Of a stretch of 45,080 nt of DNA, positions 20,996 through 31,950 are shown piece by piece (position 1 is the first letter of the stretch; each line of letters starts with the position of its first letter). This stretch comes from Piedraia hortae CBS 480.64 (Eukaryota), in contig MU005993.1 in the NCBI GenBank assembly GCA_010093745.1, forward strand, positions 124,001-169,080, written 5' to 3'. The notes beneath the pieces were generated by a model. It ran no database searches, had not been told where the DNA came from, and saw only the letters and a list, made by a program, of their open reading frames with translations. The position numbers and the translations under genes are program-made.

Positions 20996-22688
20996 TCAAA
21001 CTTTCTCCTTCACTTCAACAGGTAACTCCACCCTCTCCGCAAACGGATCAACCTCTGTTTTCTGAAACCTCCTCGCCGGAACCTTTTTCTCAAACAGGAC
21101 ATCCAACTCCGCAAACGTCCGCCCCTTGGGTTCGGGAACACGAAAATACGTGTACACAATACAACAAAACGCCAATCCCGCCCAGAAGAACCCCGTAAAA
21201 TTCCCCCAATTCCATGCCGTGGGATTAAGCATATACGGCGTGAGGACAGACGTGACTATCCCCACAACGTTATACAAATTCCGTCCCAACACAACAGTCT
21301 TGATCTGCAGTCTGCGTGACGAAATCTCCGAGACGAGGGAGTAACACACGGTCCCGACGGTGAGTTGATAGACCGCCGCCCAGACGATCATTAGCGATCC
21401 CGTCGCCAGCCCCGCGGTCTTTTTATGTGCGGGGGGCACAAGACCTAAAAACCCCATCGCGAGAAGCATCGTACATAGCCCGATCAGTCCGAAGAGGTAG
21501 AGACGTCTCCGACCTATGCCACAGGCCATCAGCCCCCACGCGCCAAACACGCCGACCATATTAATCGCATACTGGCCCATCGCGAAACTATAGCTGCTTG
21601 AGCTGCTAACGCCCGCTTGTTCGAGGAAGTAGGTGCTGTAGTTTGAGAATGCGTTTCCTGAGAGATTTTGGATCGCCCAGACTAGACATACGATTTCGGT
21701 CCTTCGGAGGTCGATGCTGCGAAAACAGTCGAGGTAGGATGCGCCCCGCGTGAGGCGGGTTTCGAGAGCGGTGGTGTGCACCATCATGTTTACTGTTTCG
21801 TCGGCGTTGAAGTCTGTTTCGCGGTTGGTGGAGGTGAGGCGGAGGAGGGCGCGTTTCGCGTCTGCGAGACGGTTGCGGCGGACGAGCCACCAGGGGGATT
21901 CGGGAGCGAGAAAGATCCCGATTAGGAGGAAGGGGGGCCACATCCATTGTAGGGCGTAGGGAATGCGGTAGGACCATTCGTCGTTCCGGTGGAGCATGGA
22001 TTTTATGACCCCGATGCCGATTAACTGGCCGAGCCCCCAGCAGAGGTTGACGTAGGTGGTCAAGTAGCCGCGTAATGCGACGGGACAGACTTCAGAGGCG
22101 TAGGTTATGGTTAGGGTCTGGAAGACGCCCCACGGGATGCCACATAGGATTTCGGCGGCGAGAAGGGCGTGCACGGATTGCGCAGTGAAGAAGATCGCTG
22201 TGAAGGCTGTGATGAGGATTAGACAACCCATCACGGTGTAGCGGTAGCCGAAACGTTCGGATATCCACCCGTTGGCGAGTAGACCCAGGATTTCGCCTAC
22301 GTTGGCGCCGTTGGAGAGACCCGCCTGCCATCGCGCGGGGACCTGCCAGGTATCTTTTGCTGCGTTGTAGACGCCGTATTTGCGGTTGAATTGGGGGAAG
22401 CTGGATTGTTAGTCGAGGAATTTGGGACTTACACTGCATTTCTTACCCGTAAAAGTTGTTGATGAGGCAGACGTCGTAGCCTTCCATGGCGATACATGTT
22501 GAGATTAACAATGACCAGCCTATGGCCTTAGGATACAGCTTCACGCCCTGGATGAAGGTCATCTTCTGCTCCTTCTCCGCCGCCGAGCGCGCATTGAGGA
22601 TGATTTCGGCCGACTTGGCGTCTGTGGCCAGGCTGTCGTTGGTCATCGCATTCTCAAGCGTCTGGACGTCACCCTTTTTGTTCATCAT
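20996..22688 (-). CDS. MFS sugar porter, maltose/alpha-glucoside permease (Mal11/MalP-like); exons 22688-22447 and 22400-20996; 548 aa
   Basis: Motifs LYPKAIGWS..MEGYD..NNFYG|FPQFNRKYG, YASEVCPVALRGYLTTYVNLCW, APESPWWLVR, SYLDCF, RRTEI and PEPKGRTFAELDVLF. 46-nt intron 22446-22401. Confidence 0.92.
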
Positions 22689-22699
22689 GAAATTTGTTC

Positions 22700-22860
22700 A
22701 GTAAACGGGAAAGGGGAGGCGGGGGAAGGCGGGGAGGAAGATCTCGACATCCGATAGGATTAACATTGACTCTCTAGCTATCACATGACTCCCTTTTGTT
22801 CCTTCTTTCTTCCGGTCGTTGCGGTGCAGTTGCAGACGTTGCGGAAAATGTGGGGTAACA
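22700..22860 (-). promoter_or_regulatory. Permease promoter with candidate AmyR/MalR-type CGG-N8-AGG and CreA-type SYGGRG sites
   Basis: CGG-N8-AGG at 22814-22801 (minus) and 22706-22719 (plus). SYGGRG at 22719, 22729 and 22850. These are short motifs, so chance matches are possible. Confidence 0.4.
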
Positions 22861-22890
22861 GTTTCGCCGACGGCCGAATGTTTTCCCGGC

Positions 22891-24210
22891 TTATAGCGTC
22901 GACGCCATGGCGTCAGCCAGAACCTCGACGCCTTCGTCAATTTCCTCGTTCGAGACCGTCAACGCCGGCACGAGCCGCAGCGTATTGGTGCCGCAAGTAA
23001 TGACTAACAGCCCGCGTTCCCTCGCCGCATTCACAATCGCCCCAGGATCACAGTGTAGCTGCAATCCCAGAATTAATCCACGACCTCGAGTCTCTCCCAC
23101 AATCTTGGGGAAGCGCTCTCGTAGACGGTCAAAGTGTTGTCTGAGCCGTTTTCCCTTCTCCACAACGCCCCATTGCAGCTCCGGGTCAGCCAATCGCGTT
23201 AAAATGTGGTGCGCTGCTCGACAGCCCAGCGGGTTGCCGCCAAATGTAGTCCCATGATCTCCAATGGCAATCGCTTTTGTTACTGCCTCGTTCGCCAGTG
23301 TCGCTCCTATTGGATATCCATTGCCCAGCGCCTTGGCTGTAGTAACCACGTCGGGATGGACATCAGTCGGCAGCCCACAATGCGCCCATAGAGACCCGGT
23401 GCGTGACAATCCGCACTGAATCTCGTCGTAGATCAGCACCGCGTCTACTTCAGAACAGCGCTGCCGCAGTGCCCGTAGGAACTCCACCGAAGCCTCGTTA
23501 ACGCCGCCCTCTCCCTGGATGGGCTCTACTATCACGCCGCACGTGTCTTCCGTAATGAGTTCTCGTAGTCCGTCCACTTTGTTATAGGCCGCCTGGCGAA
23601 AACCAGCCAACATGGGCGCAAACGGCTGCTGATACTTGGGATTAGGAGTCGCCGACAGTGCCCCCATTGTGCGGCCGTGAAAAGCGCCATGGAAGCTGAC
23701 AACGTTTGTCTTACTGGGCCGCTGAAGCCGTCCATATTTCCGTGCAAACTTGAGAGCCGCCTCATTTGCCTCACTGCCTGAATTGCAGATAAAAGCCGCA
23801 TGCGCTGGGAAACCGCTGGCCTCTCGCGTCTTCTCCACCAGCAGCTGGCTCAGCGCTCCCGTCCACGGGTTGTAGAACAGATTAGACGAGTGCACCAGCG
23901 TCTGGGCCTGTTCCGATAGCACCTGTCCCAGCGCTTCATCGCAATGTCCGAGCGACGTGACCGCTATGCCAGCCGTAAAGTCCAGGTACCGTCGACCTTC
24001 AACGTCCCAGAGCTGACAGCCCTTGCCTTTCTCAAACACCACATGTGGACGGCTGTACGTGGGTACAAAGAAAGGTGCATGGGATGTCAGTATACGACCA
24101 GTACGAGACTTAGTCGGCGCATCTTCACTGATCAAAGGGCGAGCAGAGCTGTAAGAGGTACGAGCACACCATGATCGAAATTTTCCAATCTTCAATAGTG
24201 AGTGAGACAT
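22891..24210 (-). CDS. ARG8: Acetylornithine aminotransferase (class III PLP), mitochondrial
   Basis: Motifs YLDFTAGIAVTSLGH, NSGSEANEAALKFAR, FHGRTMGALS, VEPIQGEGG, DEIQCGLSRTG, AKALGNG and HGTTFGGNPL. The N-terminus is Arg/Ser-rich and resembles a presequence. Confidence 0.96.
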   Translation of the reverse strand: MSHSLLKIGKFRSWCARTSYSSARPLISEDAPTKSRTGRILTSHAPFFVPTYSRPHVVFEKGKGCQLWDVEGRRYLDFTAGIAVTSLGHCDEALGQVLSEQAQTLVHSSNLFYNPWTGALSQLLVEKTREASGFPAHAAFICNSGSEANEAALKFARKYGRLQRPSKTNVVSFHGAFHGRTMGALSATPNPKYQQPFAPMLAGFRQAAYNKVDGLRELITEDTCGVIVEPIQGEGGVNEASVEFLRALRQRCSEVDAVLIYDEIQCGLSRTGSLWAHCGLPTDVHPDVVTTAKALGNGYPIGATLANEAVTKAIAIGDHGTTFGGNPLGCRAAHHILTRLADPELQWGVVEKGKRLRQHFDRLRERFPKIVGETRGRGLILGLQLHCDPGAIVNAARERGLLVITCGTNTLRLVPALTVSNEEIDEGVEVLADAMASTL

Positions 24211-24443
24211 TGTGCGGGGGAAACATAAAGCTTAAGATTGACAATTACGATTATTGCATTCCCTAGACTCCATAACAAGAGCAGTGGCAGAGCCACCATG
24301 GTATCATTGCAACACAAACGTCAGCGTCTCCCGTTCAATCCGAACCGTTCAACGACATCCATCCCAAACGCGCGAGGACCTTGCGTGCATTGTCTCTTCC
24401 CATTCCGATTGAGCCATGGAGGAGTCGCGAAAAAGCAAACATC

Positions 24444-25374
24444 TTACAAGGCAAGCGCCGCCAAGAGGGCAGCACCAAAGATACCGGGCGCAGCGGTCTG
24501 CATGGCACCACTGCCCTGGGTAGCAGAGCTGGCAGCGCCGGCAGCAGCACTTGTTGCACTGCCAACTGCACCGCCAGCGCCGCCAGAAGACTGAGCACCG
24601 GAGCCACCGGAAGATTGAGCGCCGGAGCCGCCAGAAGACTGAGCACCAGAGGCACCCGAGGACTGTGCACCGCCAGACGTGGCCGAAGCAGCGCCACCCG
24701 AAGTAGCAGCAGCTGAGCCGCCTGAGGTAGCACCAGCGCCGCTGGCACCCGACGCGCCACTTGAGCCACCGTTGCTGCCGGCACCGCCAACAACACCAGC
24801 ACCGCCGTTGCTGCCGCCCGAAGACTGAGCACCAGAGCCGCCAGATGTGGCAGAGGCTCCAGAACCAGAAGCACCAGAGGAAGCGGTTACAGTGGTAGTC
24901 CTATAATATTGTTAGTCATGTCCAATCATGTAGCTATGCAAGGACATACGCAGTACCGCTAGCAGCGGACCCGGAGGCACCGGAGGCACCGGCAGCGGTG
25001 GCAGAGGGGCCTGAGCCGGAGCTGGAGCCAGAAGCAGAGTCAGATCCGGAGCCGCTGGCGACACCCTGGCAGAATTGCATGCCGTATTGGATGACCTTCT
25101 GAGCGTCATTGCCCTTGCAGACTTCGTTGGCGCAGTCACGAACACCGTATCCGAAGTTGGCGTGGCTACAGAAGCACTGTTTATCACCGGCCTTACACTT
25201 GAAATTAGTCTCGGCGATCTTGATCATGTTGTTGATGCAAGTTTGCTGTACTCATTAGTTTCATGTTAAAATCATACAACGCATTTTACTTACACCGCAC
25301 TGGGGGAGTGAGCTGACATCCTGGGCGGCAACCAGGACGGCGCCGGCGAAAGCGAGAACGGCAGAAGTTTTCAT
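24444..25374 (-). CDS. GPI-anchored CFEM-domain protein; exons 25374-25294, 25245-24950, 24900-24444; 277 aa
   Basis: Signal peptide MKTSAVLAFAGAVLVAAQ, 8-Cys CFEM (LPQCG|QTC..KC..DKQCFC..RDC..VC..QFC), a Gly/Ser/Ala stalk with GAQSSGG-like repeats, and a hydrophobic tail IFGAALLAALAL. Introns 25293-25246 and 24949-24901 are canonical. The gene is not represented intact in the ORF track. Confidence 0.92.
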
Positions 25375-26585
25375 ATTGTCGGTAAGGTAGATTAAAGCGG
25401 TGAGTAGGTAGAAGGTATGCGGATTGTAGGAGTGTTGATGAGGTGAGGATGCGAAGAAGGTGTGTGGAGCGAGGTGAGGAACGAAAGGAAGGAGAAGACG
25501 CCCGGTTTATGCGACTTGTTTCCCGAGGTCCGTGCGCGGAGCTAAATGATTGGCGGGGCGCGAAGGGCAACGACGTCAGTGCTTATGCCTTTCACGCGAC
25601 GCGGCCAGACCCGCCCGTCACGCTCCGTGATTGGCTCCTGCTCATTTCCAGGGTAACATTCAACCTCTCTGCTCACGAGTTGGTCTAGTATGCACGCACG
25701 GTTTGCCAGCGTACCCAAAATCTGCCAAACTAATCACAAATGGAGCCTTGCATTTTGCTCCATTCTTTTTTGTCCTCCCACGATTCCAGACTCCCCTTCC
25801 TTACCATCATCCTCGCTTGAGGTGGCGTTCCTGAAACCAAGATTGAGCCAATTTGCCGCTTCATGCCGCGCTAACGCTAGCGTATCAAAATAATGCGTCC
25901 TAATGCCAGGAGCACGGGCCGCGCGTCAACCCCTCTTGATCTGATGCCCATCATCCCCGGAGCGCTGCAGGGAAGCATGGCTCGCAACCGGGTCCCCGTC
26001 TCGCACGAGCCCTCGGCCATACCCTTCTGCCCGATCCGTGTCTCGCCAACTTGGTCCTCTGGCCCAAACGCTCTCTACAGCACAAAATTTCGTCCGACCA
26101 AAACGTCATCTGACATCAATCTCACACGTTTGGCTGCGTTGCTCCTGCATCAAGTGGCGGTGCCTGTCGCGTCAACCTTGCGAACCACCGGTTAATTGCG
26201 GGTCCAACGTGGCGCGCGCTTCCGAGTGGCGTATGACCAAACACAGAACATTCACATAGTGATTGTGTCAGCTCGAGGAGCTTTGTTGTGTTACCAACTT
26301 ACGTAGGCGCTGGTCGTTCTGAAGGAGCCGACGACACGAGACTTCATGTTTAAGCTCCACATTGGAATCTCTTGTCATCCGCTTCGCCTTAAAATAAGTC
26401 TTCCCCGTGTGCATGACTCGGTAGCGATGTCTTGTCAGGTCGCGCTTGTACCTTCTATGAGAAAAGCATCTTATTAATAGTTACATTCTCAACACAGGTA
26501 CATATGTCTGGCGTCTAGGTCTACTTGGGACTCCATCTTCGCGCAGCGTTCCTGTGGGTTCGATGCACATGCATGAACTCGACAA

Positions 26586-26987
26586 AACTATTGCAAGATC
26601 CCACGTGAGATATTGTTCTCCGCTTCTGTTCAAATCTGGGATGTCTCTCTAGCAGCGAGTAGATATCTTCAAAAGACACATAAGTTATCACCAGACAGCG
26701 CGTGTTTTTGCTCTCTTGACCGTGGTGCGTCAGAGCATTTGAAAGCATGCTTTACCAGGGCTGTCTGTGAGGATTTAACTGATGCATTGCACGCTCCTTC
26801 AACACTGGAACATGACCCATGGCACTCCATCTCTCACAAATGCCAAACTCTTCAGCCACGTTTCCAAGCTATTTACGAGAAAACTTGGAACCGGTTAACG
26901 AGGCTCGAGACAGTTTCATTACATTGTCTACGAGCTTGGCGACAGAACGAGAGATCTGTAAAGCTGACCCTAAATCTGTTGGCATGA
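26586..26987 (+). pseudogene. Possible decayed gene fragment, weakly F-box-like
   Basis: The stop-free frame reads KIPREILFSASVQIWDV...ACFTRAVCEDLTDALH..HDPW..FQAIYEKTWNRL. The resemblance is superficial only, and I found no convincing start or continuation. Confidence 0.25.
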
Positions 26988-29644
26988 AGTCTCATTGCTA
27001 TGAGTGTACGATGCCACTGCGCGACACCTCTTACACCAGCAGCTGCACCCTAGGTTTTGTCCTCACAGAGGTTTCCCTCAGGGTCATGTCGCATGCGACA
27101 TGGTGAATGCGCCCTGCTACTGTTTGAGGTGAGTAATGGAGTAAGACTGCATGCTGACAGTCTTACTGCATGTATAACCACTTGCTTACGGTCATACAAT
27201 TGATGAGTTCATACGAGGCTACGCACGGGCCTTCGAGCCCAGAATCTATTCTCTGATGTCCCCTCATAGATACACTTGTTTTCACTCATAAACACATCTC
27301 TACTCTCTATCCATCGTTCTCACTCGCACATACCATCTATTTTTCAAAATCTACTTCGTCCGGGTCCATACTCGTGTTGTTTTATTATCATCTGCTGAAT
27401 CGCAAATGTTTCTTGTGAAGTCCTCTGTGACTCCGCCAGTGCTCATTGCCCGAATACGTAATCACCGAGTCGACTTTGTAACAGCCTCATAATCGATAGG
27501 TTAGGGAAGCTGCTTAAACCTGAATGGCACAACTGCAAGTCTTCCTTGCAGTGTACATGACAAGATATCTAGCCTCCATGAAACGGGACGCTACCTAATG
27601 TTCTGCTCGCTTGGCAAAGTGTACGTAGCGTACCCCAGAGAACTCATCGAGTGTTAGGCGATCATTTGCGGTAGTATATCTGTTGTTGACATTACTCACT
27701 TCAAGTCATTGAACTGCCGAAATTCACAAGCAGAGTCATATGGTTGAATCAAACTCTATTCCCAGTATTACCGTGGTGAGTAGCAATGTAAACCTTTCGT
27801 CCTCATACCCTTTAATGCGCTAAGACTCATCCATCGCTTTGTGATGCAGCCAGAAGCTAAGAGGTGCCGTCCCTGTTACTTTAATCAATGTTAATGTATA
27901 TTGAAACTCGGGGGCTGCTTGAACCTTTTCCCTCTTGTGAAACGCACCTTTCACTTGGTGAAAAAACCCTTCTCAGGACAACTCAACGCGCAAGCAAAGG
28001 TACTCTTCGGCGGCTGTGCCATTAAATAGTATTAGAGTCTCTCGAATATAACCCGCTCTGAAAATTTATGGGAAATGCGCAAGCCAATCGCTTCCCAGAG
28101 GGTGAAAGAACGGAATTGGATCAAAAAATTACGAACATGAAATATTCATTCCATCAAATATGAAATTCTTTCTCCACCGGAAAAAATTGAAACCCCACCC
28201 GACAACCATTCCACCAAACTCCATAATCTCCCGGCCGCCAATGCCCCGATTTCCTCAAGTATCAAACCGACAATGAGTAATCCAAACATCCCACTTGAAG
28301 AAAACAACCACTTTATCTCTAACAGGACCTCCAAGATCACCACCTATTCCGCCAACATCATGTTCAGGTCTTGGTCTGATCGCTTTCCCACCGCCAGAGA
28401 GAAGCCAACACCTGCCCCTCCAAACCCGAAAAGACAGGACCATCCAAAAGCACGACCCTTTAAAAACCGCCAGGCCTCCGAACCCAGGACCACAAACCCC
28501 ATTCTCAGCAAAATCATTCATCTCCATTCCCCGCCAATAAGAAATCATAATCAGATTATCATCAGTAGCGTACCACGGTCCCATCATGAGTACACATACT
28601 CTCCCTTTCTCACAGAGCCATAATACAACGCGTTAGTGATACTGTCTACCGGCACATTTCTGTGATAGATGGGTTTCCTTACACCGTACGTTTTCGGAAG
28701 ATGGAATTAAGACGATTATCTGGGTGATAAGCGATATTTTTTCTGGTAGACACCTTGCTGAAGTTGAAGTTTGCGTACTCGGGCTGTGGGTCTGGGGAGT
28801 TTATGCCTTGTGGTCCTGGTGTTTTATATCGTTTTACCTGGTGGATGAGGCGTGGTTATCTTTAAGTTGCTGAGGAGACTCCAATATCAGCCAGTTCGGA
28901 GCATTTTCAAGTTTGGGTTATCTTATGACACAGAGTATCAGCTCCTTTGATCCGAGGCTAGATTTACAGAATGTAGAGAGAGTGTTCACATTAGGCGAAA
29001 GACACTGCGAGGAGTAGTGCTAGTGCATTTGTCGTGAACGGGATGATCAGTGGATGTGGCTGTTTACAATTTTTGACAGATGTGTGATTGTTTGTATTGT
29101 TTACTGGTACTAGATTGTTTCAGGAGGTATTTGCACTTTCCGACAAGCACGATCCCGACATACCTAGGACGACACTCGACAATTTTCAACAGTTGTAATG
29201 TTAAGAATGTGGAATCGCTTGAGGGGCAGTACTATAGCTAGCCCAACTAATGAAAGGTGGCGGATCGCTGAGGAGACTGCTTTATAATGGAAGGCTGGAA
29301 GGCTATAACTTGTTTGATAGCCTGGCAGATGACCTCTGGGTGTTAGTTAGTGGGGTACGCCCTGTAGTCATGCGTCGCTCATTTCAATTAAAGTTGGAAA
29401 GAGCGATGAATAGCAAGGGTTATGAGTTGAACCAACTCAATTTTGGACCAAACAAAACACATCTGGTGCAACATGGATGAGCTGGTGAGTGCATTCAATC
29501 AAACACCTACTTTCATGATCAATCTGATGATGAATTCCAAGGGCTTTTACCAAGCGCACGCAGAGACTTGAATACAGGCAGCCCAATGACTTAGACTTTG
29601 GGCTCTGTACCTCTCTTGCGGCTGCCAGCAAGTTCGTCTTTGCC

Positions 29645-31950
29645 ATGCAAACTACAAGTGATCGCTGCTTGCTTGCGGAGACTCAAGATATCTTCAGGCA
29701 GGATTCACGGGAGCAAAGAGCTCAAAATGCTGTGAAACTCTTCTTTAGAGCCTTTGTAGACCAAGATTCGGATCCGGGACTACTGAAATCACAGCCCGAT
29801 TACCCATGCGCACCAACAAGGTGGTCTTGCGGGGACGAATCGCTGCGAAATCCAATGTAGAACGTACTGAATGAGTTGAATGTACGCGAAGAGTTAAAGA
29901 CTATTCACGAGACAGATTTCAGTGCCGATAAGACGTTCAACAGAGCCTTGGGCGCCTGGCATTTTGCGACAATCTTTGAAAACGGAAACCGAATCACAGG
30001 TGGTCCAAATTCGTCAATTGCCTCTTCTGAGCCGTCGGAATGCACCCACGTTCCGCTAGCCCTCCATCTGTCTTGTGTCCCCACTTAACCGATATTTGGA
30101 TTCGTTCCAAAGATTGTGGGAAAGCGCTCAAGGACAAACACTTGTATGCAGGCACAAATATGGGACCCGTTCAAGACGCAGTGTGGACCTTTACATACAT
30201 GCCACCTATTCTTAATGAATGTCATGAGCTCGCAGCTCGCGAAGGTATCGTGTTGCCACCCGGAACTGGTGCATTCGAGGGTTTCTCGTAAGCATCATTA
30301 GCCGACCAACAGCTCATTTATCTAACCTTCCATTCCAGGAAACCTATCCGTGGCCTCCTACAGTCAGACTTCCTCACCAACGAAAACAGGGCAACCCTTT
30401 TTGGATCTCAAACGGAAATCGACACTCAACAGGCTTGTAGTGGATATTCGTTTGTCTACACTGCTGGGGCCAGCTGTCAGCTCAATCAGGCAGCTTTCAA
30501 ATTCTCAGCTTGACACGAAACCTCTAACGTATCAGAACATGAAACCTCGGGCAACTCCGGGAGAGGAAGGAGATGTGCGGCACATGCGGGAGATGAAAGT
30601 CAGATTGCACAGGTATCTGTTGAACATCGACAAGTCCCGAATGTTGTGTGAGGATTTTCTTAACTTCTTCAACTCCTTTGGGTACTAGTTTGACACCAGC
30701 GATAGCCTCTACTATGCGCTCCTAATTCGATGCATGGGCCCCAGGGAGTATTCTCCACGTTATTGGGAGCGCGCGTTGATTTTGCGAGAGTGAAATCGTA
30801 ACAGACTTTATGGCTAGTGAAGCGTTGTTGGCGAGTCTGGGGACCCCAGTCGTATGGACGACACTGCACATATTGCCTCAGTTTCACGCTGCACCTTTGT
30901 CAACTCACATATAGAATGTCGGAAAGACATGATCGAGGAATTTTAATCATCGCAAAAGGCTGTATACTTCCCAAGGGCAACTAGTCCCCAAGAATTGAGG
31001 GTCAGCAAAGGTGTCCTATACTCAGTAGTAATAAGATTCAACCCAGCTTAGCCAACGGCATTTGTGTCCTCTTCACGGAGAGCGACTCAACAAAGTCCAA
31101 GGAAACTTTTGAGAGCATTGCGTACTATGCGATCGCAGGGCAGAACTATATAGATGTTTATGCTGGAAAGCTTCTAGCAACTGAAAGTTACCTGCACTGT
31201 GCGTATGATACAGCCTCTGCTAAGATAGTGCCGACGCTCGCACGCGAAGACCTCATGGGATGCAAAGGCCCTTAACCTGATCTCTTGCCTCGAGGGCAAC
31301 TACATCCATTCATTCGGAATGGATGATGTGTGCAGGAAGGGAGCAGGTCGTCCTTGGGATCACAGAGCAAGAGTTGTTAGAGGGTCGTAGGCAAAGATCG
31401 AGGTTTTCCAGAGTTTCTACATGCAAGAGGAGACTCTCCTTGGGGCGAGTCACAGTCCCGCTCATGCTGCAGTCCGTGCTCGGTGACGTGGTCTCGGTGA
31501 ATGCGGCTAGACCTAGTTAGCGTGAGGTGGCGTGTGTACCGCACTCCACCTCGCGCAACACGTCCACCTTTCTTTAAGGTTGAGTGACCTCACGCTCGCA
31601 CACTTGTCACTCATCTGTGTTTCACTTCCGCATCGCAGTGTTCATTGCCGACAGGGGACGGGATGACTTTTCGAAAATCCAAGCGCCTTCGAGCGGAACA
31701 AATCCGCTCAGGCTTGATTGGTGGGCTGAAGCTTGGCACCAGGTCAGATGACGTAAGTGGACTTATTCCGCCACCTTCACCCGAAGATCGAACTTTGGGA
31801 CGAGGCACCACCCTCTGCACGAAGTGGAGCAAGCGTACACCTCCGTGCCGGATGGCTCAATTTGAACAGCTCGGGATTTGAACGACTCACGGTCAAAGGC
31901 GGAAACCATTCGAAATTCCAATTTAATAGAAGTCTTGGCGGATGTTTTCA
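29645..31950 (+). mobile_element. Candidate endogenous narnavirus-like RdRp relic (non-retroviral EVE), frameshifted and stop-interrupted
   Basis: Ordered motif-like segments: HLS..RSKDCGKA (~30065-30130), NRLVV (~30430), IRCMGPREY (~30725), G-E-S-G-D-P/PVVWTTLHIL (motif B, ~30830-30875), VG-x-DMI (motif C, 30918-30934), ILSSNK..S....VLFTE (motifs D/E, 31018-31080) and YIDV..GKLL..GCKG. The stretch also has dense RNA hairpins. Boundaries are approximate. Confidence 0.6.

Noticed and set aside
5883..24210. TRP2, LEU3-like and ARG8 as an amino-acid biosynthesis cluster
   Set aside because: They belong to different pathways, are interspersed with unrelated housekeeping genes, and share no upstream motif that I could find.
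26550..26575. GGGTTCGATGC T-loop-like word suggesting a tRNA
   Set aside because: No acceptor stem, D-arm or anticodon arm could be folded. I recognised no tRNA, rRNA or snRNA anywhere in the window.
30700..31950. Telomerase RNA, SRP RNA or RNase P/MRP as the explanation of the structured island
   Set aside because: I found no CTAACCCTAA-like template and no RNase P/MRP P4 motifs. GGAGCAGGTC at ~31340 lacks the SRP helix-8 stem-loop. The RdRp-like motifs explain the region better, although an Rfam scan is still needed.
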